NCBI GenBank assembly: GCA_963696295.1
Contig: CAVOJR010000001.1
Coordinates: forward strand, 3,136,001-3,200,000
Reading direction: 5' to 3'
DNA length: 64,000 nucleotides
DNA from: an uncultured Chlamydiae bacterium
GTDB lineage: Bacteria > Chlamydiota > Chlamydiia > Chlamydiales > JAJFMB01
Positions 48,825 through 58,046 of this stretch are shown here, piece by piece. Made by a program: the position numbers and the translations under genes. Under the pieces are notes generated by a model that was not told the origin of the DNA, did no database searches, and was given only the letters and a program-made list of their open reading frames with translations. The number at the start of each line of letters is the position of its first letter. The first letter of the stretch is position 1.

Positions 48825-50075
48825 AAAAGTCAATAAATAACGGGTAAAGGGAATCAGGGAGGGATTTTCCAGGAAAGCCGGCAGATTTTTTCGCTCCACC
48901 CAAAAGAACTTTTCATATTCCCTGTTGGGAGGAAACACCTCGATCCGCTTTTTTAAAGGGATCCAGAAGCAGACTTCCCAGGTTCCCCCTTTTTTATCCT
49001 CAATCAAAGCAAAAGGGGAGATGGACAAAATATCTTCCTCTTTCAGGCTGGTCTCTTCGAAAAGCTCTTTCCTGATTTGGCGGATGAGATCGATCTGTGA
49101 ATCCATGACAGCCCCCGGATCGATTGTTCCGGAAGGAGGCGTCTCCAGCAAGCCCGGGCAGACGGACACTTCATCGGAGCGCTGGCCGATCAAAACCGCA
49201 TCCTCCGTATGGATGACCCCGGTCACGGAGACCGGCTTGATGCCGGAGCCGCAAAGATAATCCTTGTATCCGACAAATTCCCCGGTCAGCCCCTCCAGCC
49301 CCTCCAGCCCCTCATCCAGGGAGATAAAACGAAAAATTTTTCCATTGAAAAGGTTGGGATTCCGGCGGCATTTTTCCTCCCAGATCCGGTCGGCCTCTTC
49401 GCTCCTCGCAACGGGGCGGCTTTTTTGCACCAAAACCTGAAACTGATGATCGATAGGATAACAGGAAAAATCGGGATGGCCGGTTTCTATTTTTTTTACC
49501 CTCTGAAAAAAATCATCCCAGTTATTTTGGAAGGGCACGGTGAGTATTTTTGCCGTCCTGGCAGCCGTCAAACCATGCTCCGAGTCCTCCAAAGCGATGG
49601 CCTCGTCCGGCTTTAACCCGAGGGTTTTTAAAGCCTTCAGATAGAGGTCGGGCGAGGGCTTGCCCATATCATGCTCTCCGGGAGTAATAATGGCGTCGAA
49701 CTCCAGATTATGCCGCTTTAAAAAGGCAACGGCGAGCTCATTTTTTGCCGAAGTGACAAGAGCGATCTTCAATCCTTTTGCGCGGGCCAGAACGAGGCAG
49801 CTTCTTGCAACCGGAAAAATCTCCAGCTCAGAGAGATAGGCTTGATCCAGACGCTTGAGATAATCCCCGGCCAGCTTTTCCGGCGCGTCCGGCAACGCGT
49901 GTTTTTTCACCAACGTTTTCATCACTTCCAGAAGGGTCAAGCCGTTTAAGGATTGGAACTCTTCGGGCGTTCCCTGCAGATGATAGCCGGCTAAAAACTC
50001 GCAATAGACGCTGTAAAGGAGCGGCAGGCTATCGGCCAGAGTGCCGTCCAAGTCGATTAAGAGAGCTTTGATCAC
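48819..50075 (-). CDS. HAD phosphatase fused to a NUDIX-like domain
   Basis: DLDGTL, KPSP and EDS..G; C-terminal G......IRKELFEET; contains EGL x3. Confidence 0.8.
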   Translation of the reverse strand: MIKALLIDLDGTLADSLPLLYSVYCEFLAGYHLQGTPEEFQSLNGLTLLEVMKTLVKKHALPDAPEKLAGDYLKRLDQAYLSELEIFPVARSCLVLARAKGLKIALVTSAKNELAVAFLKRHNLEFDAIITPGEHDMGKPSPDLYLKALKTLGLKPDEAIALEDSEHGLTAARTAKILTVPFQNNWDDFFQRVKKIETGHPDFSCYPIDHQFQVLVQKSRPVARSEEADRIWEEKCRRNPNLFNGKIFRFISLDEGLEGLEGLTGEFVGYKDYLCGSGIKPVSVTGVIHTEDAVLIGQRSDEVSVCPGLLETPPSGTIDPGAVMDSQIDLIRQIRKELFEETSLKEEDILSISPFALIEDKKGGTWEVCFWIPLKKRIEVFPPNREYEKFFWVERKNLPAFLENPSLIPFTRYLLTFL

Positions 50076-51595
50076 CAGTCACCTATTTGCAGGCCATCCC
50101 CTAAACCGATTGAGCGTTTGGCTTTTTTTCCCTGAATGGTGGAGAGATAGCGAGGATGAACGCCAAGCGGCCTTTTGCCGGGGCGCAAAATGGCGACATT
50201 TTCCCCTTCTAAAAGGTGATCTCCGGCCTGAATGGCTTTGATCGCCTGAATCCCCCGTTTAGCAAAGCTTCGAAGCTCCTGCTCTAACGGATGTATCCCT
50301 TTCACTTCCGATCCGAGCATTGCTTCCACTTGCCTGATTTCCCGCACCATCTCCTTCAGCTCATCAAAATTTATGGCAAAAGCGTGATCGGGTCCGGGCA
50401 GCCCCCGGTCAGCTGTAAAATGCTTTTCAATCACGGTCGCCCCGAGAGCAACAGCGGCGAGCGGCGCCATAAAAGGGTGGAGACTATGGTCTGATAAACC
50501 AGTTTTGCATTGATAGCGCTGCTTCAACCAGCGGATAGCGTTGAGATTCAAGGTCTCGTTTGGAGCCGGATAACAAGCCGTGCACTGCAGCAGCGTCAGC
50601 TCTCGCCCGCCCTTGGCCCGATAGGTGTCCACCGCCCAGGAAATTTCAAATTCTGTGGAAGCCCCAGTAGACAAGATGAGGGGTTTTCCCGATGCGGCCG
50701 CCAGATCCAGAAGATGGATATGGCCGATTTCGTAGCTTGCGATTTTATGCCGCTTGACATAAGGGTCGACCGCGGCAAAATCTTCGGGCGAAAATGTGGA
50801 GGACATAAATTCAATCCCCTCTTTTTGACACTCCTCAAACAATTTGGGGATGAGCGAGTAGGGCATTTTAATCCGCTCGAAAATTTGGCCGATCTCCTCA
50901 TCAATGCCGAGATAATCGCTTTTGCCCGCGTTCTCGACGTAGATCAGGCCAGGCTGAAAGGTTTGAAACTTGATCGCGTCGGCGCCGGCGGCTTTGGCGG
51001 CCTCAATCATGCGGCGCGCCATTTCCCAATTTTCGGCCGCCGAGCCCACGCACCAGTTGGAGCCCGCCTCGGCGATGATAAACACCCGCTTGTTTTCCTT
51101 CGGGGTAAGGGAAAGATAATAACGGTAAACCTCCACCGTTTCATCAATATCTTCCACCTGGAGATCTATCAGGTCTTTCCTCTTAAAGCCCGCCTGCTCA
51201 AAGACGTGCTGAGAAATCGTGTTTTCCGGGCGGATGATGGCCAGAAGATCGTCATACCCCTGGTTTTTGAGCCAGGGCTGAATTGCGATCAGGGCCCGCT
51301 GCCCGATTTTTTTTCCCCGGTGTTCTGGCGCGACATTAATGGAGATCTGGCAGCATCTTCGCTCAAGATCATCTGCCGGCTCGAAGCGAAGATAAGCAGC
51401 CCTCTCGCCGTTCTCCACCACGAAGAGCTGAGGGAGGTCCGGAAAGCAAAACCCTTGCTTAAAAGCGGGAAAAAATGTCTCAAATACTTTAGGCTTAGTA
51501 TGTAAAGAGTTTTCCAAGGTAGTGGGGTCGTTTCTCCACTGCATGATCAGGCGCGCATGCTCTTCAATCGGCTGTACTATTTCAAAACTTAACAT
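50072..51595 (-). CDS. GNAT acetyltransferase fused to a NeuB/PseI/SpsE nonulosonate synthase
   Basis: WRNDP GNAT N-domain; IIAEAGSN, KFQT, GLSDH, EKHFT and a SAF domain. Confidence 0.88.
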   Translation of the reverse strand: MLSFEIVQPIEEHARLIMQWRNDPTTLENSLHTKPKVFETFFPAFKQGFCFPDLPQLFVVENGERAAYLRFEPADDLERRCCQISINVAPEHRGKKIGQRALIAIQPWLKNQGYDDLLAIIRPENTISQHVFEQAGFKRKDLIDLQVEDIDETVEVYRYYLSLTPKENKRVFIIAEAGSNWCVGSAAENWEMARRMIEAAKAAGADAIKFQTFQPGLIYVENAGKSDYLGIDEEIGQIFERIKMPYSLIPKLFEECQKEGIEFMSSTFSPEDFAAVDPYVKRHKIASYEIGHIHLLDLAAASGKPLILSTGASTEFEISWAVDTYRAKGGRELTLLQCTACYPAPNETLNLNAIRWLKQRYQCKTGLSDHSLHPFMAPLAAVALGATVIEKHFTADRGLPGPDHAFAINFDELKEMVREIRQVEAMLGSEVKGIHPLEQELRSFAKRGIQAIKAIQAGDHLLEGENVAILRPGKRPLGVHPRYLSTIQGKKAKRSIGLGDGLQIGDW

Positions 51596-52341
51596 TAATC
51601 CTCAGGGCACTGGCAAAGGGGTTTTTGTGGCACATTTGCATTGATTCTTTCCCATTCCGGATTTTCTTGCAACACCCGCAAAATATCCTCCAGGGAAAAA
51701 TCCTTTTTTTCGGGAATGAGGCGCTCTAACAAAAGAGTAATCAGAATAAGATCCTCTTGCGTATCCACCGTCAGCCGGTGGCGGGCCTGATTATCCGGCC
51801 TCGTGAAGCCGCCTAATTTAAAAACCTCGGGCTGCCGGTAGAAAAAGGGGGTCACATGCTCCCGCTCTTCAGGGGCTTTGGCCTCTTTTTCGGCCTTTTC
51901 GAGGGCGGCAAAGGAGAACACCTCTACATCCATTCCCCTTGGGAAGGTGCGCTCCAAAGTGTTGCTCGCATAGTCAAAGCCCCCTTTCAGGAAGAAGTGA
52001 ATCACCTGATCGATGATTTCCGGATCGATCAGCGGACAGTCGCCGGTGACGCGCACCACCACGTCGGCCGCGCTCTTTTTCGCCGTCTGATAATAGCGGT
52101 CGAGCACATCCTCTTCGCTGCCGCAAAAGAAAGGAATTTTCTCTTCCTGGCACACTTCCACAATTTTATAATCTTGGGGTTTATCAGTAGTGGCGACGAC
52201 GATTTCATCGGCTTTTTTCACTCGTTTCAGCCTATCCAAGAGATAGGCGAGCAGGGGTTTGCCCAGCACTGCCTTAAGCGGTTTTCCCGGCAGCCTGGTA
52301 GCGCCCATGCGGGCTTGGACGATAATCACAACTTTTGACAT
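51595..52341 (-). CDS. SpsF-like cytidylyltransferase
   Basis: QARMGATRLPGK, GSEEDVLDRY, RVTGDCP, REHVT and RLTVDT motifs. Confidence 0.88.
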   Translation of the reverse strand: MSKVVIIVQARMGATRLPGKPLKAVLGKPLLAYLLDRLKRVKKADEIVVATTDKPQDYKIVEVCQEEKIPFFCGSEEDVLDRYYQTAKKSAADVVVRVTGDCPLIDPEIIDQVIHFFLKGGFDYASNTLERTFPRGMDVEVFSFAALEKAEKEAKAPEEREHVTPFFYRQPEVFKLGGFTRPDNQARHRLTVDTQEDLILITLLLERLIPEKKDFSLEDILRVLQENPEWERINANVPQKPLCQCPED

Positions 52342-52350
52342 GCGACCAGT

Positions 52351-52473
52351 TTACTTTTTAGGGCTTTTTTTTACTTTAACTTTCGGCGCGACGGCTCTTT
52401 TCCAACTGACCTGGGTTTGCCGTTTGGCGCTCAAGCGCAAAGTCGCGGTCGCCGCTCCCTTCTTCTTAGACAT
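52351..52473 (-). CDS. Unannotated 40-aa Lys/Ala-rich basic protein
   Basis: GGAGG SD; MSKKKGAATATLRLSAKRQTQVSWKRAVAPKVKVKKSPKK*. Confidence 0.7.
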   Translation of the reverse strand: MSKKKGAATATLRLSAKRQTQVSWKRAVAPKVKVKKSPKK

Positions 52474-52504
52474 AGCAGCCTCCAATAGTTAACAATAGAG
52501 AGAA

Positions 52505-52521
52505 TGCAAGGGGCGTGCCAA
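52505..52521 (-). promoter_or_regulatory. Sigma-54 (-24/-12) promoter
   Basis: Minus strand reads TTGGCAC-GCCCC-TTGCA, a perfect consensus. Confidence 0.75.
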
Positions 52522-52590
52522 AAGGGGTTGAAAAAGATTATGCTTTGAAACATAATGTTTCTGTGCATAATAAAATTAAGGAATAAACAG

Positions 52591-53994
52591 ATGAAATTTA
52601 CCAACAGAAAGCAAGAATTGGCTCGCTTGGACGCTCTTTATCATCTCCCTGAAGGAGGATTAGCCGTTCTTTGGGGGCGCCGTCGCATCGGAAAAACGCG
52701 GCTTTTATTAGAATGGGCTAATAAGTATAAAGGGGTGTATTATACAGCCGATGAGTCAGCAAGTGTTGTTCAAAGAAAATACTTTGCAATGGCCTTAGAA
52801 AGCGCGTTGCCAGGATTTGCTGCGGTAGACTACCCTGATTGGAGCACCTTGTTAACCAGACTGGCAAAAGAAGCCATTCAAATGGGATGGAAAGGTCCCT
52901 TAATCATCGATGAACTTCCCTATCTTATCACAATGTCCCCCGAATTTCCCAGTCTGTTGCAAAGATTTATCGACCGGGAAGCAAAAGAGGCAAAATTGGT
53001 GGTTGCCCTTTGCGGATCCAGTCAGAGGATGATGCAAGGTGCTGTATTAGACGCCTCTGCGCCCCTCTTTGGAAGAGCGCGGGAGACCATAAAACTTAGT
53101 CCGATAACAATCGGGTATTTAGGAGAAGCCCTTGAATTGGATGAACCGAGGGATATCCTGGAATTTTACTCTATTTGGGGTGGAATTCCCCGTTATTGGG
53201 AACTTGTCAAAAAGGGAGCTACGCTTTATGAAAACATCGATCAGTTAGTTCTAGATCCCATAGGCCCTTTGAACGACGAGCCGAATAGATTGCTTCTGGA
53301 AGAAATACCCCCCGCAATAAGTTTGCGTCCTATTTTAGATGCCATAGGACTTGGGGCTCAACGCCTATCTGAAATTGCCACACGCATAGGGTCACCAGCC
53401 AGTTCTTTAGGCCGTCCCATTCAAAGACTTTTAGAATTAGAGTTGATTGAACGGGAGTTGCCTTTTGGCGCCGAGGAGCACAACTCAAAACGAGTTTTGT
53501 ACAAGATAAAAGATCCTTTCATTCGGTTTTGGTTTGATATCGTCGCATCGCGCCGCAGCTATTTTGCTCAAACCCGCTCAACACATCGTCAAAAGTGGCT
53601 AAAACAGAACCTTTTTCCCCTTTTTTCCAAAACGTGGGAAGAGATTTGCAGGCAAGCAGCGCCAACGCTGACGCAGAAATTGCTTGGTATAAACTTTAAT
53701 GCGTCGAGCCGTTACTGGCATGGACAGGGTCCCCAATGGGACATGTTGGCAAAATCATTAGACGAAAAGGATCTCCTCGTAGGAGAGGTGAAGTGGACTG
53801 AGAAAAACCAAACAGCCAGCTGGGTCTATAAAACCATTGAGAGCATGAAATCCAAAGGATTTCCACCGGTGCCGAGATCTCCAAAAGCCAAACTGCATTA
53901 TGCTTTATTTCTTCCGGAAAAACCCAAGGGACTCACCTTGCCAAAAGATGTCATATTGATAGACGCAAAGGAAGTTATTTTGAGCTTAACTTAG
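52591..53994 (+). CDS. AAA ATPase (archaeal ATPase/DUF234-like) with C-terminal nuclease-like motif
   Basis: FTNRKQEL, GRRRIGKT, IIDELPY, GGIPRY, DPFIRFWF and GEVKW motifs. Confidence 0.85.
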   Translation: MKFTNRKQELARLDALYHLPEGGLAVLWGRRRIGKTRLLLEWANKYKGVYYTADESASVVQRKYFAMALESALPGFAAVDYPDWSTLLTRLAKEAIQMGWKGPLIIDELPYLITMSPEFPSLLQRFIDREAKEAKLVVALCGSSQRMMQGAVLDASAPLFGRARETIKLSPITIGYLGEALELDEPRDILEFYSIWGGIPRYWELVKKGATLYENIDQLVLDPIGPLNDEPNRLLLEEIPPAISLRPILDAIGLGAQRLSEIATRIGSPASSLGRPIQRLLELELIERELPFGAEEHNSKRVLYKIKDPFIRFWFDIVASRRSYFAQTRSTHRQKWLKQNLFPLFSKTWEEICRQAAPTLTQKLLGINFNASSRYWHGQGPQWDMLAKSLDEKDLLVGEVKWTEKNQTASWVYKTIESMKSKGFPPVPRSPKAKLHYALFLPEKPKGLTLPKDVILIDAKEVILSLT

Positions 53995-54600
53995 AGCGTC
54001 AATATCATTGGATTGAAGCAGAGGCAAATTCCGCTTTATCTTCTCGATATCCCAATCCCACCATTTTATTTTTAAGAGTTTCTGAATCTGCTCCTCCGGA
54101 AACCTTTTTTTGATGAAGCGGGCGGGATTTCCCCCCCAAATCTCGTAGGGGCCCACATTTTTTGTGACAACCGCCCGGGAGGCAATCACAGCGCCGTCTG
54201 CAATGTGAACCCCCGGCATAATGAGGGCCTCAAAGCCGATCCAGACATCGTTCCCGATGACCGTATCCCTTTTGCGCTGATAGGCGGCGGGACGATCTGC
54301 GGTTTTGAATTCATCGAATTCATCCAGCGGGTATGAAGCGATCCACTGATAATTGTGTCCCTGGTTGCCGGCCATCATGAATTTAGCTCCGGAGGCGATG
54401 GAACAAAATTTGCCGATCACGAGGCGGTCGATCTCATCGGGGTCGATCCCGTTGTCTTTTTCATCGAGATAGAGGACGCACTCTTCGAAAGAGTGCCCGT
54501 GATAGAAACCCGCATAATAGGAGTGGTCGCCGGCGATGATATGGCGGCATTTGACATGATCCTTAATGAAAATAGAGGCTCGGTAGTCTTCAAAAAGCAC
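53986..54600 (-). CDS. CatB/Vat-type xenobiotic O-acetyltransferase
   Basis: IGKFCSIA, AGNQGH, IGNDVWIG, GNPA and WWDW motifs. Confidence 0.88.
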   Translation of the reverse strand: MLFEDYRASIFIKDHVKCRHIIAGDHSYYAGFYHGHSFEECVLYLDEKDNGIDPDEIDRLVIGKFCSIASGAKFMMAGNQGHNYQWIASYPLDEFDEFKTADRPAAYQRKRDTVIGNDVWIGFEALIMPGVHIADGAVIASRAVVTKNVGPYEIWGGNPARFIKKRFPEEQIQKLLKIKWWDWDIEKIKRNLPLLQSNDIDALS

Positions 54601-54603
54601 AAC

Positions 54604-55680
54604 TCAATCCTTCCCTACAAGGACAGATGCACTGTTTTCTATCCTTGGCAAAGCTCTAATTCTGGCTTCCAGGATGGAAAATTCTGTCGCCGTTGGATAG
54701 ATGTTTTCTAACTCAAAGCCGGTTTTTTCCAAAAGATCCTTAAACGAGTAGAGGTCTCTTTCTTTGCCGCCAGTGATGGAGAGCATCAAAACGTCCATGC
54801 AATTCGCATAAAGGGATTTGTCCTTTGGCTGCAGCACCACTTCGACAATGAGGAGCCGGCTTTCGGGCTTCATGGCCTGATAACAATTTCTTAAGATCTG
54901 CTCCGCTTTTCCATCGTCCCAGTCATGCAGGACCGATTTTAAGAGATAGGCATCGCCCCCTTCCGGAACAGATTGGAAAAAATCACCGGCCTGCCACTTC
55001 AATCTCTCAAAAGCAGGAGCTTTCTCAATGACTTCGGATAGGTCGAAAACAAGACCTGAAAGTTTCGGATAGGCCTTGAGCAACGCCTGCATAAATTGGC
55101 CTTGCCCGCCGCCGATATCATAAACGGATTGCAACTGGCTAAAGTCATAAGAGGAAAGGGCAGAGCTTGCAACAGCTTTAGATTTTTCCCTCATCGCCTG
55201 CTGAAACAGGGCCGCTCTCGCCGGGTTCTCTTTGAAATAGCTGAATACGGGCTGCTTATAGGTCAGCTGAAAGGCCGGAACCCCCTCTTGGATTGAGTTG
55301 TAAAGCTCATCAAAGCTCCTGTGGATATCTTCCCCATAAAAAAGAGAAAGGTGGTGCAGGGTGTCGGGGTTATTCTTCATCAGCAGAAGGCTCGCTTCCG
55401 TGTTGGCGAAGACCTTCGGGGAGATCTCTTCAAATACCTGAAAGCCTGCCAGCATATGCAGTAGCCGGTATAAGGAATCGGGATCCGATCCGGTGGCGTT
55501 CGCCAATTCTTCGATCGATTTTGGTGTAGACAAATGGTCGGCAACCTCTAATTTAGTCGCGACATATAAGCCCCTCGAAACCCATTCTCCGGAAAAGAGC
55601 ATCAGAAGATTTTCTCTTGGAGTTTCCTGTGCAAGAAGCGCTCCACAGGCTAAAAACATAAAGGCAAGTATACGATTCAT
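54604..55680 (-). CDS. SAM-dependent O-methyltransferase (family 2)
   Basis: DIGGGQG, GDFF and LKSVLHDW motifs; dimerisation domain. Confidence 0.88.
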   Translation of the reverse strand: MNRILAFMFLACGALLAQETPRENLLMLFSGEWVSRGLYVATKLEVADHLSTPKSIEELANATGSDPDSLYRLLHMLAGFQVFEEISPKVFANTEASLLLMKNNPDTLHHLSLFYGEDIHRSFDELYNSIQEGVPAFQLTYKQPVFSYFKENPARAALFQQAMREKSKAVASSALSSYDFSQLQSVYDIGGGQGQFMQALLKAYPKLSGLVFDLSEVIEKAPAFERLKWQAGDFFQSVPEGGDAYLLKSVLHDWDDGKAEQILRNCYQAMKPESRLLIVEVVLQPKDKSLYANCMDVLMLSITGGKERDLYSFKDLLEKTGFELENIYPTATEFSILEARIRALPRIENSASVLVGKD

Positions 55681-55760
55681 TTCTTATCTCCCAAGTTTTT
55701 TTAAGAAGGGTACACTTTACAGGATTATTGTGTCAAATGTTGGAAGTATTTCACAGGATC

Positions 55761-57206
55761 TTAACCCGACAGAACTTTATTCGTGAGATCCGCCCAAGCG
55801 TGATCTGCGTGGTATTTTTGGCGGAGATTTTGGTAGGATTCTTTAGGATAGATGGTCCAAAACTCCTCTGGGGAATAATAGGAATGTCCATAAAGCATCT
55901 TGCGACCCTGATATTCATGGGTGAGCAGCTCAAGACGGCGGGTGATCGCCTCTGCACCTAGAGCACAATTAGGAACCCCGTAAACGCCCACATCAAACAA
56001 GAGCTCTTGCTGCGGGTTGAAATGGGGAGCTAAAAATTGAGGCTGAGAAGTTGCCTTGATGGGACACAACCAAATTGGAGCCACAGGGAATTCGTTAAAG
56101 ATCTTTTCTGTAAACGCAGTTGTTTGCGCTTCTGGTATGTAAAAATCTTGGATGACAAAACGTTTAGCTAACCAGGCTTCACTTCCTGCGTGCAGGGTCG
56201 CATAAAGACGCTTACTCTCGAGCATCCAGCCAAAAAGAGATCGAAATATAAGTCCTGGACACTTTAAATCACAACAAGCTTTGCTCTTTTGGATGGCTTC
56301 AAGGGGTAAACCCGCTTTAGCTAACAGAAATCCGCCAATGACCGATCTAAAATACGCATATCCTCCCAGCCAGAAGGCTCCACGGTCGTGTCTAAACAAG
56401 TAGTCTTGGATGGAAACATATTCGATCTGCTCTGTTTTTTGATCGGCAATTTTCTTGACATGCTGATAGAAAAGGTGTTTCCAGGAGGGGGTAAGCGAAA
56501 GGTATTTAGCTTCTTCAGGGGGAGATAAGTGACGAGCTATAATTTCACCCGTAATTACCACAACTTGATCCTGTTGAAAGACTAAGGCTTCAATAAAATC
56601 GGCTTTTGGGTCTTGGCGGCTTTTGAGACCCATTTCTGTAATGGCTGAATTTAGACTTTGAAAAACTTGATAGTGAAGCTTGACCCATTTTCCCGCTGGC
56701 ACAAGTTGTATTTCAACAGCAAGCAACAGTCCCAATGATCCATAAGATCCTGAAAGACCATAGAAAAGGTCTGGATATGTCGTCGGAGTCGCCTCTACAA
56801 TCGATCCGTCTCCTAGAAGCACTTCATAAGCCGTGGAGATATCATTAAATTGACCGTAGCGATGCGAGCTGCTCTCGAGGGCTGCCCCCATAATCGCCCC
56901 TCCCACTGTAATGCTTTTAAATTCAGGCAAAACAGCTGGTATAAAGCCATGAGGTAAAGTTTTCGATAAAAGTTCCTCCGTTGTCATTCTAGGTTCTACC
57001 CAGACTGTTTTTTTGACTGGGTCAATCTGTAGGAGTCTTCTTAACTTATTGAGATTCAACCCGGCAGCTTGGTTTTTGTATCCATTTTTTCTGAGGGTAT
57101 TGGAATGTACTGCCGAATTAATGCACATGTGTTGTTTGTTATCAGCATTTTTGATCTCAAGTAGGCGCTGACGGATTTCTTGTATATTCTGTCTGTGCTG
57201 ATCCAT
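55761..57206 (-). CDS. FAD oxidoreductase, Delta24-sterol reductase (DHCR24)-like
   Basis: VEP, PEFKSITVGG, ESSSHRYG, DLFYG..GSYGSLG, RHDRG.FW and KMLY motifs. Confidence 0.8.
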   Translation of the reverse strand: MDQHRQNIQEIRQRLLEIKNADNKQHMCINSAVHSNTLRKNGYKNQAAGLNLNKLRRLLQIDPVKKTVWVEPRMTTEELLSKTLPHGFIPAVLPEFKSITVGGAIMGAALESSSHRYGQFNDISTAYEVLLGDGSIVEATPTTYPDLFYGLSGSYGSLGLLLAVEIQLVPAGKWVKLHYQVFQSLNSAITEMGLKSRQDPKADFIEALVFQQDQVVVITGEIIARHLSPPEEAKYLSLTPSWKHLFYQHVKKIADQKTEQIEYVSIQDYLFRHDRGAFWLGGYAYFRSVIGGFLLAKAGLPLEAIQKSKACCDLKCPGLIFRSLFGWMLESKRLYATLHAGSEAWLAKRFVIQDFYIPEAQTTAFTEKIFNEFPVAPIWLCPIKATSQPQFLAPHFNPQQELLFDVGVYGVPNCALGAEAITRRLELLTHEYQGRKMLYGHSYYSPEEFWTIYPKESYQNLRQKYHADHAWADLTNKVLSG

Positions 57207-57221
57207 GACTGATTCTCTTGC

Positions 57222-58046
57222 TTAATTGTTCTGGGCCAGAGCCTTCTTTTCAAGGGTTGGCAGGCGCTCAAATTGCCAAATCAGCTTAGGCGGGTTTGGA
57301 GAAGTAAAAAGGCGTAATAACAAAATGCGGTTGTGATAAACTTCTGCGCATTTCTTTTCCAATAGCTCCTGCGGGGTTCGATTTAAAATATCTTTTACAG
57401 CGCGGCTGGCGCCCTGATAAACCAGGGTTTCATACACTTTATAATGCCTATGAAATGCGGCGACATGGAGCGGGGTCAGCCCACTTCCATCCTTGACGTC
57501 AAGCGAGACTTTTTGAGACATTAAAAAGTGAACCACGCTGTTATGGCCGTATTTCGCAGCCGCTCTTAAGGGAGTTTTACCGCGAAAATCACCAATATTT
57601 AGATCCGCGCCCAAATTTGACAAAACCATCAAGGCTTCAAGATTTCCGAAGTAGGCGGCCCAATAGGCGGGCGTCTGCCCTCTAATATCTTGCGCGTTGA
57701 TATCGGCCCGATCCCGCGCCAGCCGGTAAATGTTCTTCACGTTATTACCCATCGCCGCCGCATGGAGAGGGGTGACCTTTTCCAAAGGCTCGGCCTGAAT
57801 ATCGATCGTTTCCACATCCTTTGAAACGGCTAAGTCCAAATTCTTCGGCCAATCTTTATAGCGGTACGATTTCGGATAGGTGTTTGGAACCGGGTGAGGA
57901 GAGAGGGTCACAGCCGGCAGAGGTTTTGCATAATAGGCATATTGCACATGCTCCCAAATGGCATGAATAGCTTTAACTATCGGAGCTAAAACTCTATTTA
58001 GATTTTGCGCGCAATAGGTATAAGATTGAAATATTGCCGTTACCAA
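57222..58046 (-). CDS. Ankyrin-repeat protein
   Basis: TPLHAAA, GQTPAY, GKTPLR and GLTPLH repeats. Confidence 0.9.
   Translation of the reverse strand: MVTAIFQSYTYCAQNLNRVLAPIVKAIHAIWEHVQYAYYAKPLPAVTLSPHPVPNTYPKSYRYKDWPKNLDLAVSKDVETIDIQAEPLEKVTPLHAAAMGNNVKNIYRLARDRADINAQDIRGQTPAYWAAYFGNLEALMVLSNLGADLNIGDFRGKTPLRAAAKYGHNSVVHFLMSQKVSLDVKDGSGLTPLHVAAFHRHYKVYETLVYQGASRAVKDILNRTPQELLEKKCAEVYHNRILLLRLFTSPNPPKLIWQFERLPTLEKKALAQNN

Noticed and set aside
50510..51505. 331-aa plus-strand ORF and similar long antisense ORFs (e.g. 29289-30071, 40809-41486)
   Set aside because: They lie opposite well-conserved genes and have no recognisable motifs.
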